A stretch of DNA of 64,000 bases, taken from Macrostomum hystrix. Its lineage: Eukaryota > Animalia > Platyhelminthes. Made by a program: the position numbers and the translations under genes. How positions within the stretch are numbered: the first letter of the stretch is position 1; each line of letters begins with the position of its first letter. The notes under the pieces are model-generated. The model searched no databases, was not told the origin of the DNA, and saw only the letters and a list, made by a program, of their open reading frames with translations. The stretch lies in contig CATNEN010000005.1 in assembly GCA_950097015.1 (NCBI GenBank), positions 1,240,001-1,304,000 on the forward strand, in the 5' to 3' direction. This document shows, one piece after another, positions 24,976-36,547 of the stretch.

Positions 24976-27454
24976 CAAAAAGAAACGACGACAACAGGAA
25001 CAAAGTACATCTCCTACCAACCACGCAGTGGCCAGAAAGGGGTACAGAATTCAGAGAGCGCGCATCTCTGGCGGCGCCTCGGTATTTGATCTCGGCCAGC
25101 TGGTCGGAGGGCATCGCGAGGTCGTCAGCGTAGCCAATAACGAAGAGCCGCGCGCACGAACACACGAATGCACGAAGCCCGAAGTAGGAGAGGCCTTTAG
25201 GAAGTTAATGTAGATCACCACGAGAATTGACTGATGGATGCGCGCCTCCTTGATGATGCGGCGTAGCGCTAAGATATGCGTCACAGTGACGCGATCCGTT
25301 CTGCTAAAGGCGAAGAAACTGGTCCTGCACAGGCGTACATGAGCGAGATCCCTTTGTGCTCCTCCTTTCAAGTCGTTCCCGGCTTTTTCGGAATCGTGAC
25401 GATGTGCCCGGGTGTCCAATCGCGGGCGCGCGCACCTTCAGTGGACGCCGTTTATAACACAGGCCACCTCAGTGGCGACCCATTTGACTCGTAGCACCTC
25501 GACATGCACCTAGACCGGTCTGGGGGCGCGACCTCCCACGCCTTGCGAGCGAACTGCGCGTCGTTGCTAGTCACTGGGTGTGCGTTGAAGTCCTCCTGCG
25601 ATGAGAGTGTCGTCTGGGGCGGCAGTGGCATTGCTTTTCAGAAAGGCGTTAACGTAGCATTTACAATGCAAAGAAGTTACGCAGCTCATTTCGGCGCGCC
25701 TCTGGTGTGTCGCCGGCTAGGTTAAGCACCATCTTCTTCTTGCGGCCAGTCAGGGTGTTGATTTTCGGCCAGAAAAGCCAAATCCGTTGTTCGAGCCCCG
25801 CCAGAGGTGACGCTCCGGATGGCATCATTGACAGGATTTGCGCAGACCTCCGACAGGGTTTTCTTGGCCTCAGCCGTCGCTCGGCTGGTCCGTCGCAGCC
25901 TATCGACTGTCCGCCTCGCCTCCTGAACCTCCCTGTCCCTGTCATGACAGCATTTTGCTAGTTGCTAGCTGCCGTCGCCGTTGCAGCGCTGATCTCGGAA
26001 TAGTTGCCGGTGCTCTCGCAGGCTCTCCTAGTGCGCGGCGGCGAACGCATAAGCTTTCCCGCATGCGAAGGTTGCAGAAAAGCAGGCGATGGTCGGATAA
26101 CTAAACTCTCTTAATCTCTTAATAATATACTTCTCTTGAGTTAGACATATAAAATATACAGTTTCGCTGTCTTTTTACGAAACGAGTTTCGAATGCGTTG
26201 CGATGATAGATGCACGTACTCTAATGAGATTCCCGTAGATTTTAATAGTTGATTTCAATAGATCCCGGTAGATTTTCTGAGGTAATATTTGAGTCAATAT
26301 AAAAATTCAATAAACGAAAACATATTAACTTGTTTATACATTGACATGATTAATTGATAAGCAAATCTAAATTCATATTCCCAGGAGTGACCGCATCCCG
26401 CAGCTGCGCGACGTGTCCGACTTTGTCAAGCGCCGCACGGGCTTCACACTGCGTCCGGTGGCGGGCTACCTGTCTGCTAGGGACTTTCTGTCCGCACTGG
26501 CTCTGAGAGTCTTCTGCTGCACTCAGTACATCAGGCACTGGGAGAGACCGTTCTACACTCCGGAGCCGTGAGTACCAACCGATTGACCCCGACAGCATTC
26601 ACTCGATTAAACAAATCGATGACCACCTCACTGTTTTCTGTTTCAGGGACTGTTGTCACGAGCTTCTTGGTCATGTACCAATGCTGGCGGATCCGACATT
26701 TGCTCACTTCTCTCAGGAGATCGGCTTGGCTTCTCTCGGCGCATCGGAGGAAGACGTCGAGAAGCTCGCTACGGTAGAGTACCATTTGTTTTTTTATCAG
26801 CTTATTTTCCTTCAGTGAGCTCATTAATAAAGTACTCACAGGAATCGCTGAACAAATTTTAGTGCTACTTCTTTACTATTGAATTTGGTTTCTGCAAAGA
26901 GGCTGGCAAGTTAAAGGTGTACGGAGCAGGTCTGCTTGCCTGTGTTGACGAGTTTATGGTGAGAGATCATAGCCAATTCTGAAGCAAAGATTCAAACTCA
27001 GCGCAAAGAACTGATGTCTGTAAGCTTTGGCTGTATATTTTCATTGCAGTACGCAGTTAGTGGACTAGCTGTAATTTGCGAATTCAATCCAGAGCTGGTT
27101 CTTCAGCAGGAGTGCAAAGTGACAACCTTCCAGGATATGTACTTTTACACAAACAGCTTTTCCGAGGCTAAAAATAAACTGAGGTCAGTAGAAATTATTC
27201 TAAATGCTGAGTAACGCGAATCAAGTTAGAGTTTACTCAACCAGCCATGTTTTCCAAACTGGTGCTTGAATTGAAAATGTTTCAGGCAATTTGCCAGGAC
27301 ACTTCGTCGAGGTTCGACCGTTTTGTACAATCCCTTCACTCAGACTGTTGAGAAGGTCCACGACGCTTCCTCTCTGGCTGTGAGACACCTGCTGGACAGA
27401 ATCTGCTGGGATCTGGAATCAGCGGTGCACTTGGCCCAGGATTTTAATCTTTGA
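23242..27454 (+). CDS. TPH: Tryptophan-hydroxylase-type gene, copy 3 (from a recent tandem duplication of copy 2; start at MMEST)
   Basis: Same exon structure as copy 2, offset by about 5.42 kb. No stop or frameshift was seen in the exons. Substitutions include DEQY and QFIP (replacing the conserved QPIP). Confidence 0.75.
23768..24135 (+). mobile_element. SINE family A (duplicate copy)
   Basis: Near-identical to 18342-18712. Confidence 0.85.
24920..26120 (-). mobile_element. Duplicate of the deleted RTE derivative, in TPH copy 3
   Basis: Near-identical to 19495-20700. It encodes [31 protein letters not shown], matching INALTGRKRCIQLNLAGDTADERRNELREFF of the full-length element. Confidence 0.8.
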
Positions 27455-28298
27455 CCGCGTCAAACATTATTGTCACTATTTTTGTGAATTATCTTGAGCT
27501 TGAGGTGAAGTACCTCATTCGGCCATTTAATATGAAGTACTCGTAATTACCACAAATCATAAAACTAACGAAAAACCAGCATCTGGTATCGTGATAAAAT
27601 AATTTTTTTAACTTTCATATAATCATGGGAGCTCTAGGCACTGCCACATCATCTAGTGACACTCGAACATCTAAACAAAAATTGGGATTGAAAAAAAGTA
27701 CCTCGCAATCTGTTCTCATAAGGAATTTTTGGTCTGGCAGCTCGCAATGTTTCACAAGTTTATGGTTTCCTAATCTAAACGAGGATACTCGTAGAGTACG
27801 TCTCAACTCCGGGTTACATTTTTCTTGTAAATTTTTCGACTAAATAATATTACTTAAAATAATATAATAGAAGTGACTCAGCTTGCTTGAGTTCTGTGCC
27901 CTTGTCTCCAATGGGTATTCTATATACCAGCATGCCACTCATTTGCAGGTAAGACACTCTGAGTACACTTATCAGAGAGCTACTTATCTCACAAATGTCT
28001 CAACATCATGTGTATCATGCTAAACTGAATAGACTGTCAGGTGAGAATCGAAAGCTAAATAGGAAAAAACGGTGTTACTTTTAAAGAGTGACACCTGTTT
28101 GTCAGCTGTTGATTGAAGGATCTAAAAACGAAAGTTTATTTTGTTGTAAATTGCAATGCAAGGCCGAAAGATCTGAAAAAACACATTTTTAAAATGATTT
28201 TTTAAAACATATTTTAAATTGGAAAAGGCATAGATTTTGAATGTGATAAAAGTGAGCTTTAACTTTTGTCTGCTGTACTGCCTGGTTCGTTTTTAACA

Positions 28299-28896
28299 AT
28301 GAACCTGGAGCTAAAATTGTTTACTCTGTGCTCAGTAGCCGTCTCAATGTTTTGCATAGAACTGTACGAGGTTCATTCCAGCTGCTGGTCGGGCAGTCGA
28401 TTTCGTGAATTTCCGACATCTCAAATGAGCCAAGCCAGCGATGTGCTGGAGTGCGCTGCACGATCGCTGCCAGACACCTGCTCACTGATGACCAGCTGCT
28501 GGTCTTCATCGAAGCAGACACGACTGAGCAGCCGCAGTGCATCTTGGGTGAGCTCAGCGAGTTTTCCTTCTTCATTTGCTTTATTATAAGAAATTGTATA
28601 TCAAATGCTGAAATTAATTTAAGGAACAAAGACAAACGGTCTTAAACAGCAGTTCAAAGACATTTCGAGTGATGTCAGAGTGAGTTGCGCATGCTATTTG
28701 GCCATAGTGCGCAGTTTGCTTCGAATAAAAAAACTTTTGACCACGATTTCCACCACTAGGCATTCGGTATCTCAATAAAGAAACTGTTGGATAACGATTC
28801 AGCACAGAGCCAACGATGCCACTAGCTTCGACAGAAACTGGAGCGACTATGCCAAAGGATTCGGCGAGGCAGCCAGTGCAAACTGTTGGATTGGTG
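28299..28896 (+). pseudogene. FReD paralog pseudogene (exon 1 and exon 2 remnant; exon 3 absent, SINEs follow)
   Basis: It has the same frameshifted exon 1, followed by CWITIQHRANDATSFDRNWSDYAKGFGEAASANCWIG, homologous to the fibrinogen exon at 31147-31311, with a second frameshift just upstream. Confidence 0.75.
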
Positions 28897-28934
28897 AAGT
28901 TAGAATGCATCTACATGGACTGTGTTAGAACGCT

Positions 28935-29455
28935 TTTAATATTTACAGGAGGGCTTTGAACGAAGGCACATCATTTGGGCGACGGTCGATTCGCAGTCGG
29001 CGAGAGGTAATTCTACACATTCCGCTGACTCTTGAGCACTCACGCAGATGGATACTGTGTACATGAGTAAACTCACACAGGGGGTAATAATAATAATAAT
29101 AATTGCAGGAGGGCTGCGGGCAATGACACATAGTTTGGTGACACTAGACCCGCAGCCAGCGAGGAGGCAGTTCTGCCCATTTCGCTGACTCCTGAGCACA
29201 CACGCACACAGATACTGTACGCAGGCATACGCTCACACAGGTGTGTACATCTGCCCTGACTTTCTCATCGTCAGGCAGTGTACACTCTCACTGTGCTTTG
29301 GAGGCTGGTCCACAAGGGCGTGAATTGCACGACAAGCCCCAAAGCCTTCTCTCCGCAGTTGCGCCCAAAAGGAATGTGGCCTCATCGCGGAATCAAGCTC
29401 AGGGACCTTAGTGCAAAAGGCAAACGCGTTAGAACGCTCCGCTACTCACCCCCGC
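28935..29455 (-). mobile_element. Young SINE A (about 29085-29455) inserted into an older degenerate SINE A (about 28935-29085)
   Basis: Two co-oriented copies separated by a (TAA)n tail at about 29085-29103. Confidence 0.75.
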
Positions 29456-30375
29456 CACTCCACCCATTCTATCTATAGACTTCAAAAGCTATTAAAAGCC
29501 AAAACAACGCAAATTAACCGATCGTTAATCGACAGGTCTCCGCAAGCTGCACTCGCTCACCTGGCCAGAAGCTCGGGCACTGCGAATTCGCATGAGACTG
29601 TGGAACGGCTCAATATTTTCGGTTGGTTATTCCCGATGTTCTGTAGCCAGCGAAGTTGAGACGTTTCTGTAGCCAACGACTAGGAATAAAATAAGCTATG
29701 AGCAAGAATGTACCGAGTCATAAAATGTAAGCCTTTTTGTATTTAAACACTGTTTTGAACAAAAGCGTTGTATTTTCTGCTGACGCACTGAAGCGCAGTG
29801 CAAGCTTGTGTATAGGGCTGTATCAAATACACTAGCGCTAATGGGAAAAATCGGACCTTCGGCCAGAACCGATGAATATCTCGACTGTCTGAAGGACTGG
29901 CGACTTGATTCTTGTTTCAGAAGATGCGCAACAAAAAGTTGGCCCGTTTACTTAAGTTTCATGTGCTTGCGTTGCTCCGTTCGAGTGCAGCACAAAAATC
30001 CCCCCCTATTGGCATAAAAACGGGCAGTAAAATGGCTTGGTAGCTCTTCTGTTAAAGTCTATTTTAAACCACTCATTTTTTTCCGCATAAAATGAGTTTA
30101 TAAACCAATAGAAAAAGCTACCACACTAGCCGTATCACATGGTTTAGTAAGAAATATTATGGACTTAGTACTAAAACTGATGGGTAGACTTAAATTTATT
30201 CCAGACATCCGTTTCAAAGCTTTCAGAGCCTAGCTGCCCAATCAAATGAGCTTTTAACTTAAAAGCAATTTTAGGCTACCGCCTTCCCCACTCCCCTATC
30301 AGTTGTGAATTTGCCAAAAATTAAATAAATTGAAAATTCAGTTCCAACAGCATAGGCATAGCAGACCAGTTCTCA

Positions 30376-31990
30376 ATGAATGCAAGGCAAATGCAGCTGC
30401 TAATAGTTTGTCTGGCCATCGGCTCAGTCGTCACCGCTGCCGCCGCAGACATTCCACTCTGGGAGGTGAACACCGTCAGCTGGACAGGCGATCGTGTTCG
30501 ACAGTTTCAGCTAACATCCAGCAGCCAAACTGTGCTGCAGTGTGCCGCCGTTGCAGCCAAGTACATGCGGGCTGACAATCTGCTAGTCTTCATTAGAGGA
30601 ACTGGGACGCAAGAGTCCCAGTGCTTTCTCGGTGAGCTTGCCGTCATCCATAGCTCAACTCCTTGACTGAATTTTCTTTCCATTGTTTGAGACGCCTGTA
30701 TAGAACTCGCTATGGTTAGAACTCATTTGGAATAGCGGAGCTGTGCCACTCACTGTACATCTAGGCCAACAATTCTATGTTAAAGATTGAATGTATCTAA
30801 ATCTAAATCTATCTGTTTTGTATGCGGCTTGCATGCCGCCTTCAGTGAAAGCGCGCGTGGTGCGTTCTGATTGGCGGGGGGTTTTACTGTCTGCCACAAA
30901 CCGGTCTAGGCCGGCGTGGGAGGTTATTAGTGTTCGTGACTGACGATATATATCTTTATTTATTTATTAGCGTGCATATCTAGACCAGATTCAGTCTAAA
31001 AAGACATCATCAAAACTAATTCGCAGCTAAGAAAACCAGATGTCTGAGGACCGACCGAGGCAGTCCATTGACTCCGTTGGACACGAAGTCTTTGTTAGTA
31101 AGTAATGAATTGTTGATTGTCTATTTTTTCTGTGTGATAATTTCAGCTATAGAGATGCCTATTTCCGACTCAATCAAGGTGTTTGCCACGCCACTAGAGA
31201 CTTGTTGGACCACAATTCAGCACCGAGTAGACAATACAACCGACTTCTACCGCAACTGGAGCCACTATACCGCTGGATTCGGCCAGGAGCCCAGTCGCAA
31301 CTTTTGGATCGGTTTGTAACCAGTTTGAGTCCATGGACATGGGCCCATCCATTCTCAAATACCCCAGGGTTGTCACATCTCATCTCTCATCTCTCCCCTA
31401 TCTCATTTCTCCCATGTCTCATCTCTCCCATGTCTCATCTCTCCCATGTCTCATCTCTTCCCTGTCTCATCTCTTACCCGTCTCATCTATCCCAGTATCA
31501 ACTCTTCACCTGTCTCACCTGTCGCACCTGTCGCACCTCACTTGGTTTGATTGAATTCGCAGGACTAACTACTCTGCACAAGTTAGCCTGGCCAGTCGCA
31601 AGGACACTACTCATCCGCATGAAAACGTGGGATAACACTGAGTATTGGGCCGAGTATTCTAATTTTCTTGTTGACTCGGAGACTCAGAAATTTCGTCTGA
31701 CGGTATTCGGTTTCCGAAGTTCGTCTTCAACAGTTGGCGACTCGATGATAGGGCACAATGGAAAATGCTTCAGCACGCTTGATGAGGACAATGATAGCTA
31801 TCTGCAGGGTAGCTGCGCTCAGATATACAAAGGAGCCTGGTGGTACAATGCTTGTCACACCACCAATCCCAACGGTCTGTACTACACCCCGCCAACTGCT
31901 ACCAGTGTTCCTGGCGCCAAGGGCATTACTTGGTACTATCACTTTACTTATAGCTACTCAATGAAAGAGTTTGAAATGCTGATTTGCTAG
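30376..31990 (+). CDS. Secreted fibrinogen-related domain protein (FReD), 3 exons
   Basis: Exons 30376-30631, 31147-31311 and 31563-31990, all joined in phase 1. It has a signal peptide plus TIQHRVD, FYRNWSHY..GFG, FWIG, HNGKCFST.D.DND, CAQIYKGAWWYNACH..NPNG and ITWY. Confidence 0.9.
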
Positions 31991-31999
31991 GACTCAGAC

Positions 32000-32611
32000 C
32001 AGGGGGTCGGCAAACTCCGGCCCGCGGGCCAGATGCGGCCCTCGAAGCTCCCAAATCCGGCCCGTTGCCCCTTCTGACATCTACAGTGTCCGGTTTCATC
32101 TCTCCCGTGTCTAATCCCTCCCGTGTCTCTTCTCTCCCGTGTCTCATCTCTCCCGTGTCTAATCTCTCCCGTGTCTCATCTCTCCCGTGTCTAATCTCTC
32201 CCGTGTCTAATCTCTCCCGTGTCTCATCTCTCCCGTGTCTAATCTCTCCCGTGTCTAATCCCTCTCGTGTCTCATCTCTCCCGTGTCTCATCTCTCCCGT
32301 GTCTAATCTCTCCCGTGTCTCATCTCTCCCGTGTCTAATCTCTCCCGTGTCTAATCTCTCCCGTGTCTCATCTCTCCCGTGTCTAATCTCTCCTGTGTCT
32401 CATCTCTCCCGTGTCTTATCTCTCCCGTGTCTCATCTCTCCCGTGTCTAATCTCTCCCCTGTCTCATCTCTCCCATGTCTCATCTCTCCCGTGTCTAATT
32501 TCTCCCGTGTCTCATCTCTCCCCTATCTCATATTTTTACAGTCAATGCGGCCCGCTGTCGTCTTTTAGGTTCTCTCTTTGGCCCGCCAGCAAATAAGTTT
32601 GCCTACCCCTG
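32000..32611. mobile_element. hAT-like MITE carrying an internal minisatellite
   Basis: Terminal inverted repeats CAGGGGGTCGGCAAAC and GTTTGCCTACCCCTG, with subterminal CGGCCCGC motifs resembling Charlie/MER58-type ends. No clean 8-bp TSD was seen. Confidence 0.75.
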
Positions 32612-33194
32612 AGTCTTAGACGAACTAGATGATAGAAATGATTCAGGTAAAGTTGCTCGCTTGGCAAGTAGGATAAAGAGAAAAGCGAGAATCAACATTA
32701 ATTAAACGCCGCGTTTCGCACAACAGTGTGCATCTTCAGGTTTATTTTAAGTGAAGAAAACGAGTAGAGATCGGAAGTGAATAAAGTGAATAAACGAGAT
32801 TATCCATTTTTACAGCCGGGTAAAGTGAAGCAGTTAAGTCTTCTCTTCCCTTATGTCAGAATTACGAGCGTATGTAGGCATTAGGATGAAAAAACTGCAA
32901 CTGTTTAAAAAAATTTAAACATCTGCCTAACTCTACCAGCTCATCATTAGTGATGGGCAATGCTATACCTGCTACTGTTTTTGTTGTCAACGTTTCAGAC
33001 TTCAGGTACATAGTTAAGCGTTTTTTGATTCCAGTGGGCTAAAATAATAAATGACTGCCAGAAATTGAAGCTATAACTTTGAAAATTTTACGGCTTTCTG
33101 GTTTCCAATTGACCAGAAATTTCCTTACATTTTTTGCTTTGGCAACAAGCATGTGATGTGCAATGATAATAATACTCGTAGTAATGTAGGAGGG

Positions 33195-33415
33195 GGACTG
33201 TGGGCACCGGAAAATCATTTGGTGACACTAGACCCGCAGCCAGCGAGGAGGCAATTCTGCCTATTCCGCTAACTCCTGAGCATACACGCTCACATACGCA
33301 GGCACACACGCTCAATTAAGAGGGTGCATGCAGCGAGACTTCCAAGACTTCTCTCCGCAGCTACGCCCCAAATTAATGTGGTATCACCACGGATTCGAGC
33401 TCCAGGGACTTTGCT
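33195..33415 (-). mobile_element. SINE family A, internally deleted
   Basis: GGTGACACTAGACCCGCAGCCAGCGAGGAGGC core and CTTCTCTCCGCAGCTACGCCCC. Confidence 0.7.
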
Positions 33416-36400
33416 GTTTGAGAGCATCTTTTCAGAAGGAATCACCAAGGCCGCGAGAGGCCTACTTCGAGCCTCTAATTTAGGCTAGACGAGAGGTGAG
33501 TGCGCCATTGACGAATGATATAGTAATAAACGGCTATGAGTGCTGCAATGTTTTTAACTTTGCAGTACGAATAGCCGTTTATCACTGGCATTGTATACTT
33601 TTGGACCACAGACAGTTGGGGCGTGCAACAATCAGTCTCACGGAGCGGATATAGCCAGCGGTCTCGCGGGGCGTGCAGCAATCGATTATTTTGTCGATTG
33701 GTGCACGCCCGAAATGTCTATGGTCCAAAAGTAGACCGCCTGACTTAGGGCAGCAAGAGAACTCAGTTTGGGGAAGGCTGTAAGACAGCGAGACGAGCTG
33801 GCGGGGTTCGGGACATAGACAGTAAAGGCGTGCAACAATCAGGCTTCATTGGTGGCTGGGAAAAAACCCCTCCAAAAGTGTACAATGATTTTGCTGTTAA
33901 ATAATGTTTGGTTTGACCATAGAAGCGTTGCGGCAGCGTACCGTTTCGCCTCATTGACTAACGATTTTGCAGTGCCGCACTGATACTTATTACCATAGAG
34001 GCGTGCCACAGTTTACCACAGTTTGTGGTGATGCAGATGCGAAGGACGCATTAAAAATGTCGCGTGATACAGCTTCGACATCAGGTTATTTAACATTATA
34101 TGTCGAGGACAATTGGGATGCAGCGCCTCAGCGGAAGAAATTGTGACTCAGGGATCGATTCACGCAGTCAATCAAAATCAAGTCGAATACAGCTGGTTTC
34201 GTCGACAATCCAGATTCCAGCTACAAGTTTTGGCCATGCGAAAAGCCCCACAAAACGGGTAGGTACTCGAGCTAGTTGGCTTTGTCAGCGCTCTACACGT
34301 AGAAAATACTAATAACTGGGTCAGATGTGCAGCCGACAGCACAGCCGCAGCTATTGCGCGGCGCATCTGAAGGCTGCGTACGGCTGTTCAGTCCATGGAT
34401 TGGGGAGGGACGCCACACCCACCCTCAATTACCCAAAAGCTAATTCAGGTACCTACTTAACAGCTGGGTGAACTCAAGCAATCCAGAGATAAGTGTCTGC
34501 TAAATTGTTCTAGTGGAATTGAGAATCAATTCTAGTTCACTATAGGCTCTAATTCCACCCTTTACTTTAAAAGGGTGGTTACTTTGGTACTTTAAAATCC
34601 ATACTGTATGTGTAATTCTAATCATTGTACGTCGATCTGTACATTTTTTCTGTCCATGTATGTCGGATCGATATTTTTAGTGAACATAATTTACTAAATT
34701 GTATCAGTTGTAAAATATTTTCCCTACAAGTTTCTAACGTAAGCTCATCCAAATTGTCATAGAAACTTATTTTTAATTTGTTTGTTGTACAACCAAGGAC
34801 CGCTGTAGTACAAATGTTACGTTATACTATCGGTGGGCCTTGAATCTGCGCACTTTAGGATTAATGGAGTGCGTTGCTTGTGTAACACCGAATCTTATAA
34901 AATCTTTATTAAAGAGAAAATAAAATTTTCGAATGTAGTAATTTCTAAAATTTTTGTACTGTTTTAATGATGCTTATGAAAATAACTTCTTTTACAGCGA
35001 TTGTGAGAAGAGCGAAGCTGTATATTATGAACATTTTACATATTCTTAGAGTAAAATATAGTTTTAGCCAGGTGCTATATGCGCCAAACTCCTCATCAAC
35101 ACAAGTTGGATATAAGCTGCTTTTTTACTTGTACACCTTAAACTGTTACTAACAAAACTCGTCTTGTCGTATTAAACATGAGGCCGGTCTCAACTAGTGC
35201 AAATTTAAAAAGTTTTTTGAAAAATTGTACTTTTTCCTAGAATCGAAACTGTCATCTGGTTCAAATTAGTCAAAATTTAAAGTCTTTGTATATAAGCCTC
35301 GGATGTTATTGTAAAGTCTATTAATGTTAGAATAATCATATAAATAGGACATGTTAAATTAAGCTTAAATATTCTATCTAAGTTATTATCTCACCGATTG
35401 CAAACCTTTCATTCTGAATCGTAATTTGTCAAAACTGGTTGAAACCAAAGGCAAAGCCAACACAACCAAGAAATGTGAAATGTCGAATTTGGGTGCCAGA
35501 AAGAAATCTAAATTTGTTATAAGTAGTTCATAACTGAATGTGCAAAGGTGTAGCTATGCATATGCAGCAAGAAAATACACTAGTACGAAATAAGTTATTA
35601 TAAAATTGTGAATCATTTGCTACATAGAACATTGCCATTGGAATTAGATAGAGATGCAGGACATGACAAATAAAGACTTTTATGTTAGTAAATGGCTAGC
35701 TTAGCTTACATTTATGGAACATTTAGCTTAAGACATAGGGGAAATCATATTGCATAATTTGGGACATAATAAAAGTTGTCAAGTGCTAGGCCTACTTGTT
35801 TGCTTTAGTCTTTAGATCTTGCTAATGGACTAGTTATCAGGTCTATGCTTAATAAAAAATGTATTTATTCACTGTCACAAAGAATTCCATACCAGCAGAT
35901 GGTTTTGAAAAGAAGATCATTTTAGTAGTTCCATATAGCTTGGACACAGCAATAACGAAAATTTATCTTAAGTTTTCAAAAGTCCAAACTTTTATGATAT
36001 ATTATTGTGACTGACTTATAGTCATTATTTTAAAAATTAAATGTTCTTGATTTTATAGATTTCTAATAAGAAAGCAGGGCTTAGCCTACTGCGTAGGCCT
36101 ACCTTTAAAAATAGACAGCAATATGATACAAATGTCAAATGTTAAATGTTTAAAAGTGTTAAATATTTTCTTTAATTCATTTGGTTCAGTCTTTTACTTT
36201 CCCTTTACTTTTTTGTCTAATATTCATAGTTCAAATCATACACAACACGGATAAAAGACACCTACTTATTATTGTATTTGTTATCTGTAGCAAGTCAGTC
36301 CACTTCTTTTTGTAAGTAGTTCAAGGCTTATATGAAATTGTCCTTTTAACAATGTTCCTTATCCTAGCAAAAATTAAGAAAAAGTAAAACATTAAGAATA

Positions 36401-36547
36401 ATATTTAAAAAATTCAATGTTATAGATTCTGAGCTTTGGATTGTATATATAGCTTCATATGATATCCAAAGTATCCAGAGTCTGCTAACTAGAAAACTAT
36501 TTTATAAAATTTTGTTTATTTGTCTAAATATACAATAAGTTTTTTGC

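Larger units (their letters stand above)
17796..28643 (+). repeat. Recent direct tandem segmental duplication, unit about 5.42 kb (17796-23219 and 23223-28643)
   Basis: Both units begin TTCCCTCCGCGGCCGCCTGATG and end GGAACAAAGACAAA(T/C)GGTCTT, with a 3-nt GTC at the junction. The ORF track is duplicated at offsets of 5422-5427. The units differ by scattered SNPs and by (CAA)n length. Confidence 0.95.

Noticed and set aside
34560-36530. Hidden gene in the AT-rich stretch before the RTE
   Set aside because: There is no ORF with recognisable motifs and no convincing exon chain.
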